Translations under genes and position numbers: made by a program
Shown here: one piece after another, positions 19,845 to 30,855 of the stretch
Layout of the letters: each line of letters starts with the position of its first letter
How positions within the stretch are numbered: position 1 is the stretch's first letter
The notes under the pieces: generated by a model
What the model saw: only the letters and a program-made list of their open reading frames with translations
Database searches by the model: none
What the model was told of the DNA's origin: nothing
DNA from: a virus
Lineage: Duplodnaviria > Caudoviricetes
Length of the DNA: 63,047 bases
Direction: 5' to 3' (one strand)
IMG/VR virus record: IMGVR_UViG_3300033997_000050
Location: 1 to 63,047 of that record

Positions 19845-22800
19845 CCACCAAGACGTAGAACTCCGAATCAGGGCCACGAACTATTCCAAGCAGACCACCG
19901 ACAAAGTGGTCGACGCCCTGAAGGAAATGACCAAGGCCCAGGACGCGCAGATCGAGAGTGCCAAGAAAGGCACCACGAATGTTGCGGCCCTGGAAGCCTC
20001 CTACAAGAAACTCGAAGACGCGGCGAAGGCGCTGCTCTCGCAGCAATCCCTCACGAAGTTGTACGAGGCGCAGTCGAAGACCCTGGCCGAATTGAAGGCG
20101 AAGGTCGACGCGGCTCGCGCTGCACAGAAAGCCTATTCCGATTCCCTGCCGGCCGGCGCCGACCGCACGAAGAAACAGCAGGACGAACTGAACAAGCTCG
20201 GCCGCGCGCTCGCCAACACCGAGAAGCAGTACCTCCGCGCCGAGGATCGCGTGGGCAAGACCGCGCAGCGCATGGGCGAGTTCGGCATCACCGCCGCCAA
20301 TCTGGCCGCGTCGCAGCAGAAGATCCGCGAAGCCGTCACGCAGGCCAACGCCGCACTGGAACGCCAGGAGCGCGCGATCAACTCGACCGACGCCGATGCA
20401 GCGCGCCGTGCAGCCGCAGCCGCCGCAATTGCGCAGCGCGAGTTGCAGATCAAGGTCGACAATCAATTCGCGCAGGCCGAGCGCGACCTGGCCCGGCAAC
20501 TGAAGGCCACCGCAGACGCGCAGCGAGACGCCGCCCTGGCCGCGAACATCGCACAGCGCGAGCGCCAGGTCGAGGTCGACGTGATCTTCGCCAACGCGGA
20601 GCGCAAGGCCACCGAAGAGATCAACAAGAAGAACGCCGCGCTGCGCGCACAGCAGCTTGCCCTGCGCGCCGCCGCCGACCAGGCTGAACGGATGATGCGC
20701 TCGTCGCTGGTGCAGGCTCGCGGCCGGACGCCAGTTCAGGCACCCGACCTGGCCGCGCAGATCCGCGACATCGCCAATCCGGCAGACGCCGCTGTGCGCT
20801 CCATCGCAGGCATCGACCGCGCCATCGTCGGTCTCGAAGGGCGGTTCCGTGGTCTGCGCGCACCTGTCCAGGACTACCGAGGTGCGCTGGAAGACGCCAG
20901 AAGGGCGCAGGCGGCGCTTTCAGCGGTCGCCGGCCAGGTGGATACCCTCCAGCGTCAAAAACAGGCTGTAGCGGCTGCTCGCATGGAATACAGCCAAGCG
21001 CGCCGCGCCGTGGCCGAACTGGTCGCGCAGATGCGTGCCGGGAACCAAGGCGACGACATCACGACCCGCCTGGCCCAGTCCCAGCGCACCATGCAGCAGG
21101 CGGCGCAGAACCTCGGCAATCTGACGACCCAGGCTCGCGCCACACGCGCCGCGCTGCAAGCGGCCGGCGTCGACACGCGCAACCTCGCGCAAGCCGAATC
21201 CGACCTGGTGGCCCAGGCCAACCGCGCAGCGCAAGCCCTGGACCGTCTCACGCAGGCCCACCGCCGCAACGGTGACGCCGGCAATCAGGCCGGCTCGCGG
21301 ATCTGGAACTGGTTCGGCGGCAGCAATGGTCGGACAACCCTGTCGTTCATGCAGCGTTTGCGCGGCGAAGTGCTCGCGCTCGGTGCCACCTTCGTCGGCC
21401 TGAACGCCTCGATCAATCTGGCCCAGTCCACGATCACGTCGTTCAAGGCGAACCAGGCGATCATGTCCCGCCTGCTAATCGCGAACGGCGGCGATGCGCG
21501 CCAGGCCGGTCTCGACTACGCATACCTGGAGCAGCAGGCCGACCGGATTGGCTTCGTGTTCCAGCGCATCGCGCCGGCATTCACCAAGTTCGCCATCGCC
21601 GCGCGCTCGGCCAACTTCAGCACGCAGGAAACCCGGTTCATCTTCGAGAACATCGCCGAGTCGGCGGTGAAGGCGCGCCTGTCGACGGAAGAACTGGAAG
21701 GCGTGTTCAAAGCGTTCGAGCAGATCCTTTCCAAAGGCACCGTGCAGGCTGAAGAATTGCGCGGCCAGTTGGGCGACCGCTTGCCTGGCGCATTCCAGAT
21801 CGCAGCCCGCGCTGCCGGTAAGACGGTCGAGGAATACACGAAGATGATGGAACTCGGTCAGGTCTCGGCCGACCAGGTGATCGGCATCGCACGCGAACTG
21901 GGAAAGACCTACGGCACCGTGTCCGAAGGCACGACGAACTTGCTCGCGGCCGAGGCGCGCTTCGAGAACGCCGCCAACCGCTTCCGCACGAAGACGGCCG
22001 AGGGCGGCTTCATCGAAGCGTACACCGAGTTTCTGACGAAGCTGACCGCGCTGCTCGACGGCGGCGAGGGCGACCGCCTGGCGAACACGCTGTCGGCCGG
22101 CTTCGCGGCAGTCATCGGCGTCATCACAACCGTGGCCGAGAACATCGACACGCTGAAGTTCGCGGTGGGCGCGCTGATCGGCATCGGCCTGGTCAAATGG
22201 CTCATCAGCTTGCCGCTGCTGTTCCGCGCTGTCGCTGCCGAGGTCGCGTTGGCGAACGGCGCCATGGTCACGTTCAACGGTCTGCTCGCGAGCCAAGCTG
22301 CGGCTGCGCGCTTGTCGCTGGCTCTCGGCGCCACCGGCCTGACCGGCGTAGTCGCACGACTGACTCTCGCGTTCACCGCTGCCGGCACCGCACTGAGCGC
22401 GCTGTACCGCCTGATCCCGGTGATCGGTCTCGCTATCGCGGCCTATCAAGGCACCTCGTTCGTCATGGACAAGCTGGACGACAAGTACCGCGACGAAGTG
22501 GTCAAGACCATGAAGGCCACGATGAAGGCGACGCAGGAAGCCGACGAGGCGCAACGCGCATACGCCCAGGCGCGCGGCACGAAAGAGGAAGCGGCGCTGA
22601 AGGAGAAGTACGAGCGGCAGCGCAACATCGCCGTGGCCGCAATCAAGGCCGAGGGTCGGGCTATCGAGAAGGCCCGCAAAGAGAACATCGACTTCGAGCC
22701 GCTGCGCGCGCAAGCCGCCGCGTCACTCAATTCTGCGGCACCTGTCGCCGCCACCGAAGATCCAGGCAACCGCCCCGAGGATCAACTGAAGCGGTTGCGC

Positions 22801-24576
22801 AAGGAACTGGAGAAGGAAGATGCGCGGTCGGCGAAGAACCTGCGCGCGCAACGCCTGAAGTCCGCGAAGGAAGAACTTGCCGACCGCCTGGCAATCGTCG
22901 ATGAGACCTTCCAGGTTCGGCGCGAGCAGGTCGAGCGCGAGATCAAGGATGCCGACAAGCTGCAAGAGGCGCTGAAGCTGATTAACGAATCGTCGCTGAA
23001 GGCCCAGGCTGCGGAACGGGCTAAGTTCAACAACGAGCAGGCCCGCAAAGGTCAGGAGTCGGCCAACACGCGCATCCGCATCGAAGAGTCCGTGGCCGAG
23101 CGTCTTGCGAAAATCCAGGAAGACCTGGCGAATCGGGAAGGCAAGGCCGACCCGACGATTCCGTACGAGCAGCGTCGCGCCGCAGCCGTGGGCGCCGTGC
23201 AGAAGGCGTACCGCGAACTGGAGAACGACATCGCCAAGTACGCCAAGGCGAACCCGAAACAGGCCGCAGCCGATCTCGCGCGCACCGCGGAACTGCGCAA
23301 GCAGAACGAACTCCTGGCCGGACAGAACAGCGACCGCAAGGAAGCCGAGCGCCTGGCAAAGCAGTTCGAGGACACGCAGACGATCCTGACGACGCAGATC
23401 CAGGAAATCAACGCCCTCTATGAAGCCGGCCGGATCTCGGCAACCGAACAGCAGGCGCGCACCAACGCGGCAATCGCCGAACTCGGGCCAGGTGTCGCCG
23501 CTGCCGGCGAGGCCGCGCTTCAGTTCGCCGAGCGCTTCCGCAGCATCATGGACCCGGTTGCATTCCAGTCGCTCGTGTCCAGCATCCGAACCGGCCTGGC
23601 AACCGCGAACACGGAAGCGCTGACTGCCGCGAATAACGTGAACGCACAGCAGGCCAGGTTGAACACGCTGCTCGACGAGCAGAAAAACAAACTGGACGAG
23701 ATCAAGAACCAGCGCTCTCTCGGTATGATTACGTCGGAGCAGGAAGCGTCGCGCACGAACGCCGTTACCGAGGAATACAGGCAGTCGATCATTGCGACCA
23801 TCGACGAACTGCAACGCCTGCTCGACATCACTCAGCAAGTTGGCGGCATGAGCGAAGAGTCGTATCGCAAGGCTACCGCAGCAGCGGGTCAGTTGAAAAC
23901 CGAGACCGCGAACAACATCGGCAAAGCGAACGAACTGCAAACCACCCTGGTCAATTCTGTTGCGACCAACGGTGTAAGCGCGTTCGAATCCCTGGCGACC
24001 AGCATCGCTGAAGTGGCGACTGGCGCGCAAAGCATCAGCGAGGGTTTCCGCAGCGCCCTGGCTTCCGTCGGTCTGTTCTTCGCGAAGCTGCTGCAAGACA
24101 TCGCGACGGCAATCCTCCGTCAGTTGATCCTCAATACGCTCGTCAAATCACTGGGCGCGGCAAGCGGCATCGGCGGCGCGGCGGTATCTGCCGGTGGCGC
24201 ATCCGTTGGCGGCACTTTGTTCCACGGCGGCGGCGTGGTCGGTAAAGGTCGCGGACTGGTGCGCAACGTGCCGGTAGAAGCGTTCGCGAATGCGCAGCGA
24301 TATCACACTGGCGGCTTGGCCGGGTTCCGTCCGAACGAGGTGCCGGCAATCCTGGAGAAGAACGAGGAAGTGCTGACCCGCGACGACCCGCGCCATGTCC
24401 TGAACGGCGGCAAGTCGGCCGGTGCTGCTGGCGGTGTCGACGGCGGCACGCGCGTCGTCGTGGTCGATGACCGTCAGTCGGTGCCTGAAGCGATGAATAG
24501 CTCGTCGGGTGAGCGCGTTATCATGGCGCACATCAAGAACAACCTGCCGACCATCAAGTCGCTTTTGAGATCCTAA
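19837..24576 (+). CDS. Tape measure protein (1579 aa)
   Basis: Long Ala-rich helical ORF; SKGTVQAEELRGQLGDRLPGA tape-measure motif; C-terminal YHTGG...EVPAILEKNEEVLT. Confidence 0.93.
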   Translation: MADHQDVELRIRATNYSKQTTDKVVDALKEMTKAQDAQIESAKKGTTNVAALEASYKKLEDAAKALLSQQSLTKLYEAQSKTLAELKAKVDAARAAQKAYSDSLPAGADRTKKQQDELNKLGRALANTEKQYLRAEDRVGKTAQRMGEFGITAANLAASQQKIREAVTQANAALERQERAINSTDADAARRAAAAAAIAQRELQIKVDNQFAQAERDLARQLKATADAQRDAALAANIAQRERQVEVDVIFANAERKATEEINKKNAALRAQQLALRAAADQAERMMRSSLVQARGRTPVQAPDLAAQIRDIANPADAAVRSIAGIDRAIVGLEGRFRGLRAPVQDYRGALEDARRAQAALSAVAGQVDTLQRQKQAVAAARMEYSQARRAVAELVAQMRAGNQGDDITTRLAQSQRTMQQAAQNLGNLTTQARATRAALQAAGVDTRNLAQAESDLVAQANRAAQALDRLTQAHRRNGDAGNQAGSRIWNWFGGSNGRTTLSFMQRLRGEVLALGATFVGLNASINLAQSTITSFKANQAIMSRLLIANGGDARQAGLDYAYLEQQADRIGFVFQRIAPAFTKFAIAARSANFSTQETRFIFENIAESAVKARLSTEELEGVFKAFEQILSKGTVQAEELRGQLGDRLPGAFQIAARAAGKTVEEYTKMMELGQVSADQVIGIARELGKTYGTVSEGTTNLLAAEARFENAANRFRTKTAEGGFIEAYTEFLTKLTALLDGGEGDRLANTLSAGFAAVIGVITTVAENIDTLKFAVGALIGIGLVKWLISLPLLFRAVAAEVALANGAMVTFNGLLASQAAAARLSLALGATGLTGVVARLTLAFTAAGTALSALYRLIPVIGLAIAAYQGTSFVMDKLDDKYRDEVVKTMKATMKATQEADEAQRAYAQARGTKEEAALKEKYERQRNIAVAAIKAEGRAIEKARKENIDFEPLRAQAAASLNSAAPVAATEDPGNRPEDQLKRLRKELEKEDARSAKNLRAQRLKSAKEELADRLAIVDETFQVRREQVEREIKDADKLQEALKLINESSLKAQAAERAKFNNEQARKGQESANTRIRIEESVAERLAKIQEDLANREGKADPTIPYEQRRAAAVGAVQKAYRELENDIAKYAKANPKQAAADLARTAELRKQNELLAGQNSDRKEAERLAKQFEDTQTILTTQIQEINALYEAGRISATEQQARTNAAIAELGPGVAAAGEAALQFAERFRSIMDPVAFQSLVSSIRTGLATANTEALTAANNVNAQQARLNTLLDEQKNKLDEIKNQRSLGMITSEQEASRTNAVTEEYRQSIIATIDELQRLLDITQQVGGMSEESYRKATAAAGQLKTETANNIGKANELQTTLVNSVATNGVSAFESLATSIAEVATGAQSISEGFRSALASVGLFFAKLLQDIATAILRQLILNTLVKSLGAASGIGGAAVSAGGASVGGTLFHGGGVVGKGRGLVRNVPVEAFANAQRYHTGGLAGFRPNEVPAILEKNEEVLTRDDPRHVLNGGKSAGAAGGVDGGTRVVVVDDRQSVPEAMNSSSGERVIMAHIKNNLPTIKSLLRS

Positions 24577-24578
24577 CC

Positions 24579-26252
24579 ATGGCCCTGCGAAACCCTTATG
24601 ACTTCCCGCAAGATCCTGAAACCCATCCGCTCGGCGAAAGGATCGTATCGGTCGCCGACCCTCTCGAATCGGCGCCAGGGGCGCGCACGTTCTACCTCTC
24701 GCGCCGGTTCACGTTCCCCGAAGGCGACTACACATTCATCGTGGAAGCCGATGATGCGGCGACGGTCTGGATCGGAACCAGCCAACTGAACGCGCGCATC
24801 ATCGCGACGCCCACCCTGGCTGTACCGGCGCGCGCCGACGTGAATATCCCGGCCGGCGAATACCGGCTCGACGTGATCCTCCAGAACCTCACGCCAGGAC
24901 CAAGCCCGGCATACTTCACGATGGTCATCATGCGCGGCGAAGAGGTCTTCTACACGTCGGCAAAGGAAGCCTGGCTCCTGGACGACACGGCGATCAACGA
25001 CAACGATCTGCCGCCGTCGCAGGATATTCGATACACCATGCCGGTGTGGACGACCATGCCGAATTGGCTCAACGGAATCACGGAACGCCTGTCCTGGCAG
25101 ACCGACATTCTGGACAGCGAACGCGACGCCGAGCAGCGTCGCTCGGTGCGCCGCAATGCGCGCCGTTCGTTCGAGGCGTCGTTCCTGCGCGATGCTGCGG
25201 GCGGCGCGCGCATGGATGCGTTCCTGGTCGGCGTCGGTCCCGCGCCATTCCTCCTGCCGCTGTGGCACGAGCAGGTTCGCATGGTCGACGGCCTGGACAT
25301 GGAGGCCAGCGGCGTCACTTTCCCCGATGGCGAACTGCGGCTGCGTGAATTCCGCAAGGGCGATCTCGTCTTGGTGAACAACGGCGACCCGAACGACTGG
25401 GATCTGCTGGAGATCGGCGACGTGGATCAAGACCGCTTCTCGTGGAAGTCGCCGCCGCCGCGCGCCTGGCCGGTCGGCACGCGGATCTTCCCGCTGCGCG
25501 TGGCGCGCGTGGATAACGGCGACGCTCGCACCAGCGGCGTCACGGACACGGTGCGACGCGCAGAAGTGCGCTTCACCCTGGACGAGCCTTACGTGATCGA
25601 ACCATCCTGGGGCGGCACTGGCGGCGAGCCGATCTTCGGCTTCAACGTCGACCGCGCGACGACCCTGGACGTGGAATATTCGCGCAAGGCGTTCGTGATC
25701 GACAACACCTCGGGCAAGCCGACCACCACCGATCACGGCAAGCACACATCAGCCGTAGTGCAGACGCGCCTGAAGTTCTTCGGCCGGCCGCAGGCATTCC
25801 GGTTCCGCCAGTTCCTCCAAGCGGCGCGCGGCATGGCCCGCCACTTCTACGCGCCGACCTTCATGCAGGACATCTACCCGGTAGGCGACGTGATCGGCGG
25901 GACGAATGAACTGATCGTGCAGCCGCAAGGCTTCCGCCGCTCGATGCTCTCGCCGCAGCCGATTCGGTTGCAGATCGCGTTCCAATTCCGCGATGGCGCG
26001 CCCACTATCTACGCCGACATCGTGAACGTGCAGGAGGTCTACCAATCGCGCCGGCTGGTGGCCGAGGTGCTGACCCTGGCCGAGCCGCTGCCCGAGATTA
26101 CAATGACTGATCTGCGGCGGATCTCGTTCGTCTGCGAGACGCGGTTTGCGCAAGATTCGTTCGAGATCCATCACCCGACAAACGGCCAAGCCGTCATCGA
26201 CGTGGCATGCGTGCTGCGTCAGGCCACCAACCCAAGGACGATTCCAGCATGA
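24579..26252 (+). CDS. Distal tail protein with an N-terminal PA14-like beta domain
   Basis: PEGDYTFIVEADDAATVWI; PNWLNGITERLSWQTDIL...EQRRSVRRNARRSFE; follows the tape measure gene. Confidence 0.65.
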   Translation: MALRNPYDFPQDPETHPLGERIVSVADPLESAPGARTFYLSRRFTFPEGDYTFIVEADDAATVWIGTSQLNARIIATPTLAVPARADVNIPAGEYRLDVILQNLTPGPSPAYFTMVIMRGEEVFYTSAKEAWLLDDTAINDNDLPPSQDIRYTMPVWTTMPNWLNGITERLSWQTDILDSERDAEQRRSVRRNARRSFEASFLRDAAGGARMDAFLVGVGPAPFLLPLWHEQVRMVDGLDMEASGVTFPDGELRLREFRKGDLVLVNNGDPNDWDLLEIGDVDQDRFSWKSPPPRAWPVGTRIFPLRVARVDNGDARTSGVTDTVRRAEVRFTLDEPYVIEPSWGGTGGEPIFGFNVDRATTLDVEYSRKAFVIDNTSGKPTTTDHGKHTSAVVQTRLKFFGRPQAFRFRQFLQAARGMARHFYAPTFMQDIYPVGDVIGGTNELIVQPQGFRRSMLSPQPIRLQIAFQFRDGAPTIYADIVNVQEVYQSRRLVAEVLTLAEPLPEITMTDLRRISFVCETRFAQDSFEIHHPTNGQAVIDVACVLRQATNPRTIPA

Positions 26253-27064
26253 GTTTCAACCAGGTCGAGATCAGCGACGATGAGGGTCGCCCGATTTTCC
26301 TCTACTCCTTCACTCTCGGCGCCGCCGTGTGGCGATACACCTCGTCGGACGCCGATGTGAACTATGGTGGATATCTCTGGCAAGCCGTGTCGATCTCCGA
26401 CAACGGCGTCAAGCAAACCGGCGACGCCAACACCGACACGCTGGAGATCACCGCGCCGTCGACCGTGGCGCCGGCCCAACTGTTCATCGGCACGCCGCCG
26501 TCCGCGCTCATCATCGTGCGGATCTTCTACTACCACGAGGCTGATAACCAGGCCGTGCTGGGCTACATGGGCGAACTGATGCAGGTGAACTTGCCGGAAC
26601 CCGGCCGCGCGGTGCTGACGTGCGATGCGATCAATGCGTCCATGCAGCGCGACGGCCTGCGCCTCTCGTGGCAACGCAATTGCCCGTATGCCCTGTACGA
26701 CCCGCACACCTGCCGCGCTGACAAAGAGCAGCATGCCATCGAAATGACGATCTACGACGTGCAGGCCAACATCGTCTTGCTCGACGGCGCCAGCCTGACG
26801 GACGGCGTGCTTGATGGTGGATTCCTGGAATGGGAGCACCCGTCGCGCGGCACCGAGTTCAGGGCAGTCGAGCGGCAGCTTGCCAATACCGTCGAAATGT
26901 TCGGCTTGGGCGATGGCTTATACTACGGCCTGAAGGTCAAGGCGTATCCCGGCTGCAAACGCACAACGGCCGACTGCGCATCCAAATTCAACAACCTGGT
27001 GAACTACGGCGGCATCCCTGATCTTCCAGGGAAATCACCGTTCGATGGTGATCCTGCTTTCTAA
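26249..27064 (+). CDS. Tail protein, DUF2163/BR0599 family
   Basis: WRYTSSD, WQRNCPYALYDPHTC, YPGCKRTTADCASKFNNLVNYGG. Confidence 0.85.
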   Translation: MSFNQVEISDDEGRPIFLYSFTLGAAVWRYTSSDADVNYGGYLWQAVSISDNGVKQTGDANTDTLEITAPSTVAPAQLFIGTPPSALIIVRIFYYHEADNQAVLGYMGELMQVNLPEPGRAVLTCDAINASMQRDGLRLSWQRNCPYALYDPHTCRADKEQHAIEMTIYDVQANIVLLDGASLTDGVLDGGFLEWEHPSRGTEFRAVERQLANTVEMFGLGDGLYYGLKVKAYPGCKRTTADCASKFNNLVNYGGIPDLPGKSPFDGDPAF

Positions 27065-27076
27065 AGGGGCGCGAAC

Positions 27077-27313
27077 GTGAATCTCTACTTCGCCATCGCA
27101 ATGATGGTCGTCTCGGCGCTGATCCAGTTGGCACTGGCGCCGAAACAGCAGGGCGCGCAACCTACCGCATTCGAGGACATCGACTTCCCGCAAGCAGACG
27201 AAGGCACACCGCAAGCCGTGGTGTTCGGCGACTGCTGGTCGGGCGACTGGATGGTCCTCGCGGTGGGCAACTATCGCGTCGAAGAAATCAAACAGAAAGG
27301 CGGTAAAAAATGA
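27077..27313 (+). CDS. Small tail assembly protein
   Basis: DFPQADEGTPQAVVFGDCW; synteny. Confidence 0.7.
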   Translation: MNLYFAIAMMVVSALIQLALAPKQQGAQPTAFEDIDFPQADEGTPQAVVFGDCWSGDWMVLAVGNYRVEEIKQKGGKK

Positions 27314-27534
27314 CGACGTGCGGCATTCGCGTGTTTCGTCGACACCTGGCCGCTGCCGATATCTGCGCACGCGGTTCGCGCGTGTGGTTCGAGCAGTACA
27401 AGATCGACTACATGGATTATCTGAAGAACGGCGTGCCGGTCGAAATCATGGAGGCCACTGGCGATCACTTCGCGCTGCTGGTGTCCCGGCTCGCGCGCGA
27501 AGAGGCGGCGAAGAAAGAGGTGACGAATGGGTAG
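27310..27534 (+). CDS. Small tail assembly protein
   Basis: CARGSRVWF...DYLKNGVPVEIMEATGD; synteny. Confidence 0.7.
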   Translation: MTTCGIRVFRRHLAAADICARGSRVWFEQYKIDYMDYLKNGVPVEIMEATGDHFALLVSRLAREEAAKKEVTNG

Positions 27535-29008
27535 CAAGAAAAAAGCCACCACCGGCTATAAGTATTTCTTCGGCATCCACATGGGCATGAGCCGTGGCCC
27601 GGTCGACGAACTGATTGAGATCCGCGTTGGCGATAAGCTGGTGTGGCAGGGGAACATGGTCGACACGAGTAGCGTGAACATCAATGCGCCGGACGTGTTC
27701 GGCGGCGACAAGCGGGAAGGTGGCGTGGTCGGCACGTTCGATCTGATGATGGGTAAGCCGGACCAGGTGGCGACGCCGGGTCTCGTGTCGATGATCGGTC
27801 GCGCGCTGCCCGGCTTCCGCAAAATGTGTACCGCGTTCTTCAACGGTCAGATCGCCTCGAACTCGCCGTATCCGAAGCCGTGGAAAATGCGGATGCGCCG
27901 CACCACGAAAGGCTGGCAGAACGACGCGCCGTGGTATCCCGAGAAGGCGCGCATCATTTTGCAGGGCCAGGAGTTGAAGCCGGGCGACGAGCAGGTGGAC
28001 ACGAATATCCACGCGATGAATCCGGCGCACATCATCTACGAATGCCTGACCAACAGTGAGTGGGGGCGCGGCCTGCCGGCGTCGGCGCTGAACGTCGCGT
28101 CGTTCACCCAGGCAGCGGACACGCTCTACGACGAAGGTTTCGGCCTGTGCCTGCGCTGGACTCGCCGCGACAACCTCCAGTCCTTCATCCAGACCGTCAT
28201 CGACCACATCGGCGCGGCGATCTACGCCGACCGCGAGACCGCGACGATCACGTTGAAGTTGATCCGCTTCGACTACGAGCCGGAAAGCCTGCCGATCTAC
28301 ACCACCGACAGCGGCATCCTGGAGATCCGCGAAGCCGAGAGCAGCGCGCTCGGGCCGGCCGTGAACGAACTCGTGGTCGACTACACCGATCCAGTAACCG
28401 GCGAGACGCGCACCGTGAACCAGCAGAACCTCGCGTCGCTGCAAGCCTCGCGTGGCGTATTCAACTCGCTGAAGAAGTCGTATCCCGGCCTGCCGACGAA
28501 CGGCCTGGCGCGCCGCGTGGCGCAGCGGGATCTCCGTGTGAATGCGATGTCGCTGCGCCGCTTCAAGATCACGATGGATCGCCGCGCGTGGCGTATCGCG
28601 CCGGCCAGTGTCTTCCGTTTGAGCGACGTGGTGCGCGGCATTGCCGACGTGGTGGTGCGCGTTGGCGCGGTCGAGGACGGCACGCTGACCAACGGGACCA
28701 TCACGATCACCGCCGTGCAGGACGTGTTCTCGCTGCCCAGTTCTTCGTTCATCGGTAATGAGCCGCCGAACTGGGTCCAGCCGAACACGAAGCCTGAACT
28801 GAAGGAGCACCGCGCGTTCGAGCTTCCGTACTTCCTGATCCGTGGCGGCATGTCGCCCGCCGACTTCGACTACCTCGCGCCCGACGCCGGCTTCATCGGC
28901 ACCGTGGTCGCGAAGCCCACCGACCTCTCGCTGGCCTATGACCTCTACGTGAAGAACGGGGCGCCTGAAGAAGAGGATTATCCACCCGGCACCGCACCGA
29001 ACCCATAA
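27527..29008 (+). CDS. Tail tip / hub protein (phage tail_3-like), N-terminal part
   Basis: GYKYFFGIHMG, FGGDKREGG, MNPAHIIYECLTN..WG, ADTLYDEGFG. Confidence 0.8.
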   Translation: MGSKKKATTGYKYFFGIHMGMSRGPVDELIEIRVGDKLVWQGNMVDTSSVNINAPDVFGGDKREGGVVGTFDLMMGKPDQVATPGLVSMIGRALPGFRKMCTAFFNGQIASNSPYPKPWKMRMRRTTKGWQNDAPWYPEKARIILQGQELKPGDEQVDTNIHAMNPAHIIYECLTNSEWGRGLPASALNVASFTQAADTLYDEGFGLCLRWTRRDNLQSFIQTVIDHIGAAIYADRETATITLKLIRFDYEPESLPIYTTDSGILEIREAESSALGPAVNELVVDYTDPVTGETRTVNQQNLASLQASRGVFNSLKKSYPGLPTNGLARRVAQRDLRVNAMSLRRFKITMDRRAWRIAPASVFRLSDVVRGIADVVVRVGAVEDGTLTNGTITITAVQDVFSLPSSSFIGNEPPNWVQPNTKPELKEHRAFELPYFLIRGGMSPADFDYLAPDAGFIGTVVAKPTDLSLAYDLYVKNGAPEEEDYPPGTAPNP

Positions 29009-30852
29009 TGGCAAATTCCGATTACACAGAAACCGGCCAGGGCAGCTTCACGCCCATGGTCATCCTCGACGCGCCGCTCGGCCGCTTCGACACCATCATC
29101 AACTACAGCAGGTTCAACTTCCCGTCGCGCGACGCAATCGAGGTCGACATGGCCGTGATGGTCAATGGCGAGATCATGTCGGTCATCGACGTGGGCGTGC
29201 TCTCGATCACCGTGGATCGCGGCTGCGCAGACACCATCCCGGCCGAACACCCGGCCGACTCGCTGGTCTGGATCTTCGACGCCGGCAGCGTAGGGACCGA
29301 CGAGATCGAATATGCCGCGACCGAGGAAGTCAGCGTCAAGGTCACACCGTACACCACGAGCGGCGCCGTTCCGCTCGAAGCCGCACCGCCGCACCTGGTC
29401 GAATTCAACTGGCGCTTCCACCGCCCATATCCGCCTGGCCGCTTCCAGATCAACGGTGAGCGCTGGGTGAACGTCGCCACACTGGACATCGACCAGCCGG
29501 CCCTGCACTTGTCCTGGGCGCATCGAGACCGAGTGCTGCAAGCCGATCACCTGGTCGGCCATGACGCGGTGTCGGTCGGTCCCGAGCCTGGCACCACGTA
29601 CAGCCTGTCGGTGATCCACCCGATCAGCGGCGCGGTGGTTCGCACGGAAGTCGGCATCGTCGGCACCGAGTTCTACTACCGCCGCGCGCAGGCGCTTCAC
29701 GACCTGGGGCAACTGACCGAGGCGCAGCGCCCGACGCTGCTGTTCACGTCAATGCGTGACGGCTTCGAGGCGTGGCAGACCTACGAGTCCGAGTTCATCC
29801 TGGCGCCGGGCAGCATCGATACGCCGCCTCTCATGGGATTCGCGCAGCAGGTGATCGAGTCGCCGTATGCGATTAACGTGGCGCGCAACGTGGCGAACTA
29901 CGACGGCAACTTCGCTGTCGCAATGGCGGCGCGCCCGGTCGACCGCATGGCCGATCTGTACCAGCTTGTCGGCAACGGCGTGCAACTGGCAGACGGCGCG
30001 CGCTTCACACCATGGGTCACGCTGGACTTCCGCATGCCGGAACTGGAGACCACGATCAATATCCGCACGTCGTCGCTGTTCAACGGCGTGCCACTGGCCG
30101 CAGCGAAGGCCGGCGACCTGATCCTGATCGACGAGGAACTGTTGCAGATCGAGACCGTCAGCCCGACGCAGATCGTTGTCCGGCGCGGCTGCTGCGATAC
30201 AGTCCCGCGCATCCACATCGCCGGCACGCGCGCGTGGCTCATCGGCGTTGCCTACTCGTTCGATTCGGTCGAGCGCACGGACGGCGAGTCGGTGCAGTAC
30301 AAGCTGCGCCCGGTCAGCTACGGCGCGCCGTACTCGCTCGACGAACTGCCGTCGAACAACGTCACGTTCTCCCGGCGCGCCGAACTGCCGTATGCCCCCG
30401 GCCGCGTGGTCGTGAATGGTCGGCCGTGGTTCGAGGAAGTGCAGGCTGTCAGCGGCGCCGCCACCGTCTTCACCTGGGTCCGTCGCAACCGCGTGGCGCA
30501 AGGCGCGGGCATCGTGGCGCACGAGGACGAGGATCGCGGCGCAGAAGCCGGCCAGGTGACGCGGCTGCAATTCTTCTACGAGACGCCGGCCGAGACGGAA
30601 GGCGGCGCTGCGGTCGAGCACGTTCTGCGCCAGCAGGACATCGCCTCGCCGACTGGCAACGCCAATCCAGCAGCCGGTATGACCTTCTCCTACACCTATG
30701 CGATGGCGCAAGCCGATGGCCTGGTCGCCGGCAACGCGCTCGGTATCTGCGGCACGGTCGTGATCTACTGCCGCATGCTCTCGGTGCGCGACGGCCTGCA
30801 ATCCTTCCAGGCGTACATCACGCCAATCCGCGTTCCCTCTTTCCCCTGCTGA
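29008..30852 (+). CDS. Tail tip protein with two copies of a repeated module
   Basis: Two units of FTP...RGC.DT.P..H...W...PY.PG...NG..W...W..R.R. Confidence 0.7.
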   Translation: MANSDYTETGQGSFTPMVILDAPLGRFDTIINYSRFNFPSRDAIEVDMAVMVNGEIMSVIDVGVLSITVDRGCADTIPAEHPADSLVWIFDAGSVGTDEIEYAATEEVSVKVTPYTTSGAVPLEAAPPHLVEFNWRFHRPYPPGRFQINGERWVNVATLDIDQPALHLSWAHRDRVLQADHLVGHDAVSVGPEPGTTYSLSVIHPISGAVVRTEVGIVGTEFYYRRAQALHDLGQLTEAQRPTLLFTSMRDGFEAWQTYESEFILAPGSIDTPPLMGFAQQVIESPYAINVARNVANYDGNFAVAMAARPVDRMADLYQLVGNGVQLADGARFTPWVTLDFRMPELETTINIRTSSLFNGVPLAAAKAGDLILIDEELLQIETVSPTQIVVRRGCCDTVPRIHIAGTRAWLIGVAYSFDSVERTDGESVQYKLRPVSYGAPYSLDELPSNNVTFSRRAELPYAPGRVVVNGRPWFEEVQAVSGAATVFTWVRRNRVAQGAGIVAHEDEDRGAEAGQVTRLQFFYETPAETEGGAAVEHVLRQQDIASPTGNANPAAGMTFSYTYAMAQADGLVAGNALGICGTVVIYCRMLSVRDGLQSFQAYITPIRVPSFPC

Positions 30853-30855
30853 CCC